A stretch of DNA of 64,000 nt from Spirochaetia bacterium (GCA_963662795.1 OY759746.1:128001-192000), one strand, 5' to 3'; positions 31,465 to 39,631 are shown, numbered from the stretch's first letter. Notes: generated by a model not told the origin, from the sequence alone. Made by a program: numbers and translations.

Positions 31465-32817
31465 ATGGATTCACAACTGGAAAGAATAATACTTTATATT
31501 GAAAATAATAAAACTGAATTTATAAATAAACTTCAGAATCTTGTCAGATGTCCAAGCCTGACAGGAGAGGAAAAAGTCGGACAGGTATTTATCAGGAATT
31601 GGATGGAAGAATTGGACCTTAAAATTGATGAATGGGAACCTGATGTAAAGGAGCTTTTTGACAAATTCGGCGGCATGGCTCAATACCCGTCCAGCTGGAA
31701 ACCAGAACTCGACCTGCCGCTTCAGTTTGAAGACTCAGCAACATGGAAGCAGCTGAGTGAATCGGAATATAAAGATAAACTTAATTATAAAAACAGACCT
31801 AATCTGGCCGGAATACTATCAGGAAGCGGAGGCGGCAGGTCTGTAATTCTTAATGGCCATATTGATGTTGTAACAGTTGAACCGGTCAGTCTATGGGAGC
31901 ATGATCCTTTCGGAGGAGAAATAGACGGTGATAAAATGTTCGGCCGGGGAACCAGCGATATGAAGGGCGGTGTTGCAGCAATGCTGGCAGCAGTTCAGGC
32001 TCTGATAAACAGCGGAACAAAACTTAAAGGTAATATAATTATTGAAAGCGTTGTAAACGAAGAGCATTCAGGAAACGGCACTCTTGCCTGCATTGCCAGG
32101 GGTTATAAAGCTGATGCAGTAATTGTTCCTGAAGCTACAGGTATCTATAATTATGCACGCAGATCAGGTGGAGGGGTATACTGGCAGATAAAGATTAAAG
32201 GGCGGGAAGTGCATACAGGATCACGGTGGAAAAACGGATTGCATAACGGTATAAGTGCAATAGAAAAAACACCTGTTATAATCAACAGCCTTCTTGAACT
32301 TGAAAAAAATATGAACAGGAAAAAACCGGTTTTTTTTCTTGGGATAGGCAAGATAAACGGCGGCACCTATGCCACATCTACAGCACGGGAATGTGTGATG
32401 GAAGGAGTCCTTTATTTCAGCCCTGATGCAGGGATAAGCGAAGAAGGGATAAAGAATGTAAAAAAAATGCTGAGGGATTGTATTTCAGCAGCCGGGAAAA
32501 ATGACCCATGGCTTTCAGAAAATCCTCCTGTTTTAACATTTTCTCACTATGATGATGCTTATGAAAATAACAATCCTGAAATTATTAATGTTATCAGAAA
32601 ATCAGCACGAACTGTTTTAAAGAAAGATATTAATGAAATTGAATCTTCAGCTACAGATTCAAGGCATCTCGGAAACAGGGAAGAAGGGATGCCGGTTGTA
32701 ATTTACGGCCCCGGCGATATGGGAAGAGGACATAGTGTTGACGAGTATATAAATATAAATGAATATGTTGAATCTATTAAAGTTCTGGCAATATCACTGT
32801 ATGAGTGGTGTAAATAA
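31465..32817 (+). CDS. M20 ArgE/DapE-family deacylase
   Basis: LNGHIDVV, GRGTSDMKGG, VNEEHSG, YGPG...GHSVDE; GGAG RBS before ATG at 31465. Confidence 0.9.
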   Translation: MDSQLERIILYIENNKTEFINKLQNLVRCPSLTGEEKVGQVFIRNWMEELDLKIDEWEPDVKELFDKFGGMAQYPSSWKPELDLPLQFEDSATWKQLSESEYKDKLNYKNRPNLAGILSGSGGGRSVILNGHIDVVTVEPVSLWEHDPFGGEIDGDKMFGRGTSDMKGGVAAMLAAVQALINSGTKLKGNIIIESVVNEEHSGNGTLACIARGYKADAVIVPEATGIYNYARRSGGGVYWQIKIKGREVHTGSRWKNGLHNGISAIEKTPVIINSLLELEKNMNRKKPVFFLGIGKINGGTYATSTARECVMEGVLYFSPDAGISEEGIKNVKKMLRDCISAAGKNDPWLSENPPVLTFSHYDDAYENNNPEIINVIRKSARTVLKKDINEIESSATDSRHLGNREEGMPVVIYGPGDMGRGHSVDEYININEYVESIKVLAISLYEWCK

Positions 32818-32845
32818 ATATTACATGTAATACGGGGGAAAATAC

Positions 32846-34231
32846 ATGTATATGAACAAGGAATCAGAAAAATTAATCAGTCGGGAACAGGGCGACATTA
32901 ACTTAAGCACTGCCAGGGCAAAATATCAGGAGCGCAATTTCGACAGAGAAACACTCAAATGGCATAAAGAGGACAAAAAATACTTTCTCCACCAGGCGCT
33001 TTCAACTCCTGTCATGAATATACTTGGGAAAACTGATGGTATTTATATTTATGACCTTACAGGTAAAAAATATATTGATATGCACGGGAACGGTGTTCAT
33101 AACGGAGGATTCAGCAATCCTGATGTAATAAATGCTGTAAAAAAGCAGCTTGATGAAAAGCTTTGCTTTACTCCGAGGCGGTTTTCCAATATCCCTGCGG
33201 TAATGCTTGCAAAAAAGCTTTCAGAAATCACACCGTCCGGTCTTGATAAATCACTTTTCTGCCCCGGCGGATCTGAGGCAATAGAGATGGCAGTTGTGCT
33301 TGCCAAGCAGATCACAGGAAACTTCAGGACTATTTCTTTCTGGGATTCATTCCACGGGGCAGGCTATCAGGCTGCAGGCATCGGAGGGGAGGAGCATTTC
33401 AAGGGAGGCTACGGGCCCATGGTTCCCGGGGCTTTCAGGGTTGAGTTTCCAAACTACTACAGAAATCCCTGGGGCTTTAAAACAGAAGAGGAAGTTGACA
33501 GTGAATGCCTGCGGCAGATGGAAATAATATTTAAAAGAGAGCCGGGGGTAGCGGCAATAATCGGCGAGCCGATTTCCGCCACGCCGGTCGTCCCTAGCCG
33601 CAATTACTGGGAGCGGGTGAAAGAACTTGCCCACAGCTATGGTACGCTGCTTGTTTTTGATGAAATAATCGAAGGGTTCGGGAGGACCGGCAAAATGTTC
33701 GCGTGCGAACATTTTACAGCGCCGGATATTCTTGTCCTCGGCAAAACACTCGGCGGAGGTGTTGTACCGTTTGCAGGCATAGTAACAAGAGAGGAATATG
33801 ATAAGCTTCAGGGAAGATCAATCGGCCACTACACGCATGAGAAAAACCCGCTCTGCTGCGCTGCAGGTCTTGCGGAAATTGAATACCTGGAAAAACACAA
33901 TCTTGTTCAGCATGCAGCAGAGATAGGAAGTTATACCATTGAACGATTTAATCAACTGAAAGAAAAGCACCCTCTGATCGGAAATATAGCAGGCGTAGGC
34001 TGCCATATAGGCATTGATCTTGTAAAAGACAGAGATACAAAGGAGCGTGCAGTACATGAGGCAGAAACTGTTATGTACAAGTGCATGGAAAAGGGGCTTG
34101 CATTCAAGATTATTGAAAGTAACATAATAACACTGAGGCCTTCCCTGCTTATTACAATTGATGAGATGGAGTGGTGCATAAAAACAATTGAAGGGGCAAT
34201 CAGCGAAGTTGAAAGGGGAGATTATTACTGA
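32846..34231 (+). CDS. Class III PLP aminotransferase-fold enzyme, PbfA-like
   Basis: GDINL, FLHQALSTP, HGNGVH, PRRF, WDSFHGA, LGKTLGGG (PLP Lys), GHYTHEKNP. These motifs match my recollection of PbfA, the (R)-1-hydroxy-2-aminoethylphosphonate ammonia-lyase. Confidence 0.75.
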   Translation: MYMNKESEKLISREQGDINLSTARAKYQERNFDRETLKWHKEDKKYFLHQALSTPVMNILGKTDGIYIYDLTGKKYIDMHGNGVHNGGFSNPDVINAVKKQLDEKLCFTPRRFSNIPAVMLAKKLSEITPSGLDKSLFCPGGSEAIEMAVVLAKQITGNFRTISFWDSFHGAGYQAAGIGGEEHFKGGYGPMVPGAFRVEFPNYYRNPWGFKTEEEVDSECLRQMEIIFKREPGVAAIIGEPISATPVVPSRNYWERVKELAHSYGTLLVFDEIIEGFGRTGKMFACEHFTAPDILVLGKTLGGGVVPFAGIVTREEYDKLQGRSIGHYTHEKNPLCCAAGLAEIEYLEKHNLVQHAAEIGSYTIERFNQLKEKHPLIGNIAGVGCHIGIDLVKDRDTKERAVHEAETVMYKCMEKGLAFKIIESNIITLRPSLLITIDEMEWCIKTIEGAISEVERGDYY

Positions 34232-34416
34232 AACTTTTATCCCCCATACAGATATACCGAAAATATTGCCGGAAAGGGGCGTTTTTGTAAATGTTGCCTC
34301 ATAAGTATAACGCCAGAATCTCTGGCCTAAGGATGAGGCTCGAGCGTTATAGGAAATGTGAAGCATAATATTATATATCATACGTTTTGAAGTTAGATTG
34401 ACTGGAGAGCCAATTC

Positions 34417-34864
34417 ATGGATTTCGAGGTCTTGAGTTGGGAAGGAGCTGGGGGAGATCAATCGCCGCCAGACCCGGCAGCAGGCAGAATGGAAGGCAAT
34501 TCCTGAATCCGGACAGCTTGTGTCTTTTTTAGACATGGACCTTTTGGTGCTCCCGGGAGTGTATCCTCCAAAAGAGGATACAGTGCTGGTGACAAAACAT
34601 TTGCACCTGGATAATTCTGCGAGGGTGTTAGACCTTGGGACTTGAACAGGGGTGCTGGCCATTTGGGCAGCACTACAGGGAGCAGAATCAGTTGTGGCAG
34701 TTGATATCTCCGATACTGCAGTAATAAATGCGAAGCTAAATGTGGAACGGTTCGGATTGCGCAACCGGATTGACGTTAGGGTGGGGAGTATATTTGACAA
34801 TATCTTAAAAACAGTATCATATACATGGTTAAAGCCAATTATCCAGATCTCCTGGAACTGGTGA
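34417..34864 (+). pseudogene. HemK2/PrmC-like SAM-dependent methyltransferase remnant
   Basis: LVLPGVYPPKEDT...VLDLGT[TGA]TGVLAIWAA...VVAVDIS. In-frame TGA at 34643-34645 inside motif I, frameshift near the start, truncated C-terminus. Confidence 0.75.
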
Positions 34865-35169
34865 GTTTAACCGAAACTGGTGTATATAAGATTGCTGTAA
34901 TGGGGCAATCAACTCCCGCCGATGGGGCTCCAAGGATGTACTATGTGCTTTCACTATCACTTGCTAACGAGTGCTCTTTATAACAGGAAGCTTCAGAGTA
35001 TGCAATATTTTGAATATGATAGAACAGTCTTCCTTTACGATCCATCTTCATAGTTATATTTATAGTAATATTTTTTAAAACATTAAAACCTATCTATATT
35101 AAATGAGAATTCGCACTCATCGTTTATCTGCAGAACGTTAACCGGCATGATCCATATTCATAAGTCAAG

Positions 35170-36453
35170 TTATACAAGCTCTTTCGAAATGGAAATTGCG
35201 GCGATTGTACCGTCTGCGACCGCAGTTGTTATCTGCCTGTATGCCTTTGTCCTTATGTCTCCCGCGGCATATACATCCTTCACGCTTGTCCGCATATCGC
35301 TGTCTGTTTCAATATAGCCCCATTTATCAAGCTTGAATTTATCGGGAAACATTGCAATATTGGGCAGAAAGCCTGCAAAAATAAATACGCCGTTGGTCCT
35401 CAGGTTTTTGCGTTTACCGGTTTTAAGCTCTTCAACCTCCACTTCCATATCCATATTTCCGTGTCTTTTAAAAACTCTCGGCTCATGCTCAAACATGAAT
35501 GTAATTTTCTTCTCGGCAAATGCCTTTTTCTGTGCTTCCTTATTGGCCTGAAGCTCCGCAAACTGATGTACAATTGTTATGGATTTCGCGAATTTTGCAA
35601 TAAAAAGCGATTCTTCGATTGCTGAATTGCCGCCGCCTATAACTACAACATCTTTTCCTTCAAAATATTTGGCATCGCATGTCGCGCAGTATGAGATACC
35701 GTTTCCCCTGTACTCCTTTTCACCTTCAACTCCGAGAGGCCTGGGGGAAGAACCTGTTGCTATTATTATTTTTTCCGCTTTTAGTGTCTCAACCCCGTCG
35801 ATTACAATCTCTTTTTTTTCAAGGTCTACAGAAGTAACATCAACCGCCACTCTTAATTCAGCTCCGGCAGCCTTTGTCTGCTCCCCCATGTAGTGGGCAA
35901 GCATAAATCCCGGCTGTGCCTCAATAAATCCAGGATAATTGGAAACCTGATGTGTCGTTGCCATATAACCGCCGGGCAGCGCAGGATCAATAATTACCGT
36001 ATTGATATGGGCCTGCGCAAGATAAAGCCCTGCGGTAAGACCTGCAGGCCCTGCGCCAAGAATTGCCACCCTGCATTTTGTTTCAACAGGTTTTATTTTC
36101 TCCCTGATAGCCTTCGCCTTTTCTTCAGGAATAAGAAGCTCCAGATTCTTTACGACATCTGCCCTTCTTATACCTCCGGTAAGTTTTTCACCGGTTGCTT
36201 TTCCGTCTTTGTAAAAGAGAAGTGTCGGCGAGCCGGAAACCTCAAGTTTTTGAGCAAGATCCTTGTTCCCCTGCCTGAAAATCTTGAAAAACTTTATTTC
36301 ATCTCCATATAAAAGGCTTAAGGCTTCATATTTTGTTGCAAGAGCCTCGCAGGGGGGGCATTCTGTCGAATAAAAATCAAGTACTGCGGCTTTTGCAGAA
36401 AGCACCTCCTTTTCATAATCTACCTGGTTGATTTCAATTATTTTCCCAGCCAT
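35170..36453 (-). CDS. trxB: Thioredoxin-domain/thioredoxin reductase fusion
   Basis: N-terminal Trx fold (DFYSTECPPC), GAGPAG, SYCATCD, GGGNSAIEE, YAAGD. GGAGG RBS before ATG at 36453. Confidence 0.88.
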   Translation of the reverse strand: MAGKIIEINQVDYEKEVLSAKAAVLDFYSTECPPCEALATKYEALSLLYGDEIKFFKIFRQGNKDLAQKLEVSGSPTLLFYKDGKATGEKLTGGIRRADVVKNLELLIPEEKAKAIREKIKPVETKCRVAILGAGPAGLTAGLYLAQAHINTVIIDPALPGGYMATTHQVSNYPGFIEAQPGFMLAHYMGEQTKAAGAELRVAVDVTSVDLEKKEIVIDGVETLKAEKIIIATGSSPRPLGVEGEKEYRGNGISYCATCDAKYFEGKDVVVIGGGNSAIEESLFIAKFAKSITIVHQFAELQANKEAQKKAFAEKKITFMFEHEPRVFKRHGNMDMEVEVEELKTGKRKNLRTNGVFIFAGFLPNIAMFPDKFKLDKWGYIETDSDMRTSVKDVYAAGDIRTKAYRQITTAVADGTIAAISISKELV

Positions 36454-36457
36454 GTTT

Positions 36458-37795
36458 TTATTTATCCTCCATTTTACTGTATATTGATATTCCCATTTCA
36501 AGAAGCTCCTTTACCGGCCTGCAGTCAGGAGAGGCCAGTTTTCCTGTCCTGTTTTTTGCGACAGACGCGCATCCTCCACCGCAGGCAAGCTGAAGTGAGC
36601 AGTCCCTGCATTCCGGTATTGAAAGAACAGATCTGTTTTCCCACCCGGAGACTTTTTCCCTGTTCAATGACACTTTTGGATAAAAAGTTCCCAGTTCTTC
36701 ACCCTCTTTACCGACTGTTGCGGTACAGGAGTAGATCCTTCCTGTATAGTCAAATGCCCATTCTGTTTTACACCCCGGGCAGGAATCGAAAAGAGGATTT
36801 GGAAGTTCGCCGTTTTCAAACAGAAAGCGGGAAACAGAAAAAGCCGGTTTGTGAAACTGTGTAATTTCAGGATACTTAAGCAGCAGATCATATAATTCAC
36901 TGTATATCTCTGTTCTGGTTAATAGCTCTCCCCTTCCTCCCCGGCAGGTATGGAGTTCGTAATTTCTTCCAAGCTGGGTTTTAAAATTCTCATTTTTTGT
37001 CCAACCCCTGTCAATTGCGAACTGTGCGAGCGTCGGGAGATAAGCGATATTATCACGGTCAAGAACAACCCTGAGGTTTATCCTGTGCCCGGCGGCAAGG
37101 GCCGCGTCAATGGCTGCGACAATTTTCGTAAAGCTCTTTCCCCCGGAAACCAGAGGCCGTCTCCTGTCATGAATTTCCTCAGGCCCGTCAAGAGTAACCT
37201 GTATCTCGCGGATATTTCCCTTTTCAAATACCGGAAGATACTCTTCAAGATTATACCCGTTTGTAACAACTGCAATATCAAGACCTCTCTGAGCTGCTCC
37301 GGTAATCAGTCTCTCTACCCGCTCAAACGCAGTCCTGCCGTGCAAAAGCGGCTCACCGCCGAAAATTGTTATATATTTTTTCCTTCCGGCAAATTCCCTG
37401 TCTATATAGCTGAAAAAAGCATCAATTGTATTGAGAGTCTCTTCCCTCTCTTTTTCCCCGGCACCGTCCGAAACTGATGTAGTGTATTCGCCCTGGTAGC
37501 AGTAGGAACAGCTGAAATTGCATGAATAATCAGGAACATAAAAAATCTGTATCTCACTTTCTGATAGTGTATCAACAAAATCAAGGTATGCTTTTTTATA
37601 AAGTTTTTCTTCCGTCTCTTCTCCGATAAGATAACCCTTGTCAATATACTGCTGCCTGTCGGAGAATATCCCCTTTTCTACTCTCATCCCCTCTTCAGGG
37701 TCAAGAATATCAGCATTGCCTGTAAGTATATTTACTATAAAATAATCTTCTGAATCTTTGAGTTTTGAAAATATGTTATATCTGGAAAAATGCAT
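36458..37795 (-). CDS. Radical SAM/SPASM peptide maturase
   Basis: CNFSCSYC motif, FGGEPLL, VTNG, QVTLDG; SPASM cysteines CPGC...YSC...CRDCSLQLACGGGC...DC; N-terminal SRYN...VNILTG RRE-like extension. GGAG RBS before ATG at 37795. Confidence 0.92.
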   Translation of the reverse strand: MHFSRYNIFSKLKDSEDYFIVNILTGNADILDPEEGMRVEKGIFSDRQQYIDKGYLIGEETEEKLYKKAYLDFVDTLSESEIQIFYVPDYSCNFSCSYCYQGEYTTSVSDGAGEKEREETLNTIDAFFSYIDREFAGRKKYITIFGGEPLLHGRTAFERVERLITGAAQRGLDIAVVTNGYNLEEYLPVFEKGNIREIQVTLDGPEEIHDRRRPLVSGGKSFTKIVAAIDAALAAGHRINLRVVLDRDNIAYLPTLAQFAIDRGWTKNENFKTQLGRNYELHTCRGGRGELLTRTEIYSELYDLLLKYPEITQFHKPAFSVSRFLFENGELPNPLFDSCPGCKTEWAFDYTGRIYSCTATVGKEGEELGTFYPKVSLNREKVSGWENRSVLSIPECRDCSLQLACGGGCASVAKNRTGKLASPDCRPVKELLEMGISIYSKMEDK

Positions 37796-37871
37796 CTGAG
37801 CTCCCTGAAATATATATTGCATTGAATATGACCTGAATTGCTGCCTTCAAGCCGTCCTTCTGCTGTAATCC

Positions 37872-37920
37872 AAAAAAAACCACTATTGAGAGTTACCTGT
37901 AAAGGAGCTCCCGATAGTGG
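37872..37920 (-). terminator. Hairpin plus T8 tract between the precursor peptide and the maturase (terminator/attenuator)
   Basis: Minus strand CCACTAT-C-GGGAG...CTCTC-A-ATAGTGG followed by TTTTTTTT, starting 8 nt after the peptide stop codon. Confidence 0.75.
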
Positions 37921-37928
37921 AAAGCAAG

Positions 37929-38024
37929 TCAGTCGTGACACCCTGCCACAATAACCGACACTTTTGCACAGCACTGAGCTGTAGCTTTTGCAGCGTTTTT
38001 TCCGCTGCGAATTAATGATTTCAT
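37929..38024 (-). CDS. Putative RiPP precursor peptide, 31 aa: MKSLIRSGKNAAKATAQCCAKVSVIVAGCHD
   Basis: Manual translation ATG 38024 to TGA 37929; GGGGTG RBS-like element; basic leader plus CC-x9-C core; directly upstream of the rSAM/SPASM gene. Below the ORF-track cutoff. Confidence 0.85.
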   Translation of the reverse strand: MKSLIRSGKNAAKATAQCCAKVSVIVAGCHD

Positions 38025-38064
38025 ATTACACCCCATTAATCAGGCATTATTCTAACACACTGCT

Positions 38065-38715
38065 TTATTTATTGCAGCAGCATGAATGCTTGTATCCTCT
38101 TACAGTAAAACTTGCTACCTGTATAGCCCCTTTATCATAAGGTGCGCTCTCTTCGATAACTGTTATATCCTTAAATCCTGTCCCTGAAAGTATAGACATA
38201 TACTTCTCCCGTGTAACAGAGCCGGCCCAGCATTCTGCTACAGCTTCCGGATCATTGGCATATTCTTCAGGCACCGGTACAGTTGAATAAATATCGCTTA
38301 CCGTGAAAAACCCGCCCGGTTTAAGAACCCTGTATATTTCACTCCATACTTTCCATTTATCCCTGGCATGATTAATTGTACAATTGGAAATAACAATATT
38401 AACTGAATTATCAGCCAAAGGGATATTTTCAAGCTCTGTTTTGATGAATTCAACATTTTTAACACCAAGCAAAATCGCATTTTGCTTTGCTTTTTCAAGC
38501 ATACCATCAGAAATGTCAATTCCGTAGGCAAAACCTGAATCACCTGCAGATTCTGCCATTCTTATTACATCTGTTCCCCTGCCGCTTCCAAGATCAAGAC
38601 ATACATTTCCTTCCCTGACATCTGTCGTTTCAAGAGCTTTCCCGCATGAAAGACAGCATTTATCCTGGGCGAGTTTTGAATATCTTTTATCAATTGCCTG
38701 TATATTGTTTTCCAA
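38065..38715 (-). CDS. ArsM-like (arsenite methyltransferase family) SAM-dependent methyltransferase
   Basis: CCLSCG, LDLGSGRGTD, ISNCTINH, YRVLKPGG, AECWAG and C-terminal SCCCNK. Cys spacing matches ArsM/AS3MT. TTG start with AAGGGAAG RBS. Confidence 0.75.
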   Translation of the reverse strand: MENNIQAIDKRYSKLAQDKCCLSCGKALETTDVREGNVCLDLGSGRGTDVIRMAESAGDSGFAYGIDISDGMLEKAKQNAILLGVKNVEFIKTELENIPLADNSVNIVISNCTINHARDKWKVWSEIYRVLKPGGFFTVSDIYSTVPVPEEYANDPEAVAECWAGSVTREKYMSILSGTGFKDITVIEESAPYDKGAIQVASFTVRGYKHSCCCNK

Positions 38716-38740
38716 TGCACTTCCCTTTAATAATATTTTG

Positions 38741-38781
38741 AATATATCATTTTTTATATATTACGTCAATAATGTACGTCA
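38741..38781 (-). promoter_or_regulatory. Sigma70 promoter of the methyltransferase-peptide-rSAM-TrxR operon, with a TGACGTA direct repeat over the -35
   Basis: TTGACG (38764-38769)-17 nt-TATATT (38741-38746) with extended TG; TACGTCA twice at 38762 and 38775. Confidence 0.65.
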
Positions 38782-38990
38782 CAATATTGCACATTTTTTT
38801 CAGCAGACAAGCAGGAATTAAAACAGATGCAGTTACTTAAGGAATGTTTACGCATCAATTATGCAGGCAATACAGTAAAAAACAATATTTTTCAGCTGCA
38901 GAACAACTTTAAAATAATACATAGTCTCCATAATTTCTTCACATTGCGGGTTTAGATTAGTCCTGAAATCAATATTTCAAGGAGTAGAAA

Positions 38991-39476
38991 ATGAAAAAAA
39001 TTATTTTATTTACTGTTTTACTTGCAGTTCTTGCTGCCGGTTTCGTTTCGGCTGATGGGTGGCCGGGGAATAAAGGTTCATGGAATAATAATGACAACCG
39101 CAATTACAGCGGAAGAGGCGGTTACATGATGGATTACGGTAATTCTCCCTGCATAGGAAATGGACCCGGATTTTCATCATTTACCGAGTTAAAAGAGGTT
39201 TCAGGGGAAATTGTTCTAAATGAAGATGATTTTCCTGCCATTAAAACCGGAAAAGATGTGATGACAATTACACTGCCGGCAGATGCCATTGAAGCGCTCA
39301 AGATTAAAACCGGTTCAAAAATAACAGCTAAAGGGGTGGAGATGCCAGGAAGGAACTGGAGCATAACCGGTGAAAAATTATTCAGAATCTTTGAATTCGA
39401 ATATGAAGGAAAAACCTACATCACCCATGGTATGGGCGGCAGACCGGAACGCGGAGGCATGAGGGGAGGTTTCTGA
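38991..39476 (+). CDS. Exported protein of unknown function with Gly/Met-rich termini
   Basis: AGGAG RBS, signal peptide ending VSA-D, central OB-fold-like beta region. Confidence 0.75.
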   Translation: MKKIILFTVLLAVLAAGFVSADGWPGNKGSWNNNDNRNYSGRGGYMMDYGNSPCIGNGPGFSSFTELKEVSGEIVLNEDDFPAIKTGKDVMTITLPADAIEALKIKTGSKITAKGVEMPGRNWSITGEKLFRIFEFEYEGKTYITHGMGGRPERGGMRGGF

Positions 39477-39505
39477 AAGAAACATCCAGTTGTGTAATGC
39501 AATAC

Positions 39506-39537
39506 GAAAAGCCGGATCTTAAAGTCCGGCTTTTTTC
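39506..39537 (+). terminator. Intrinsic (bidirectional) terminator
   Basis: GAAAAGCCGGA-tcttaaag-TCCGGCTTTTTT. Confidence 0.8.
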
Positions 39538-39631
39538 AATAGCACTTCGATAAGTATGATTTATTATATATTAATTTTCAGTATCTCATGCAATCAGCGG
39601 GCAGTATATCTTAAAGTTGTCAGACGGAAAG

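Noticed and set aside
34643-34645. In-frame TGA at a conserved Gly as evidence of code-25 recoding or selenocysteine
   Set aside because: The fragment is also frameshifted and truncated, and TGA is a normal stop for many genes in this window. A GGA-to-TGA mutation is simpler.
34393-34800. 135-aa minus-strand ORF
   Set aside because: It is antisense to the methyltransferase remnant and has no recognisable motif.
37893-37931. TGA after ...GCHD as a selenocysteine codon with a downstream SECIS
   Set aside because: The downstream stem ends in T8 like an intrinsic terminator, readthrough adds only 11 unremarkable residues, and the TGA is not at a Cys-equivalent position.
37735-37974. 79-aa ORF-track ORF (MLCKSVGYCGR...) as the precursor peptide
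   Set aside because: It has no RBS, crosses the terminator and overlaps the rSAM start. The 31-aa ORF in another frame has an RBS-like element and a better precursor layout.
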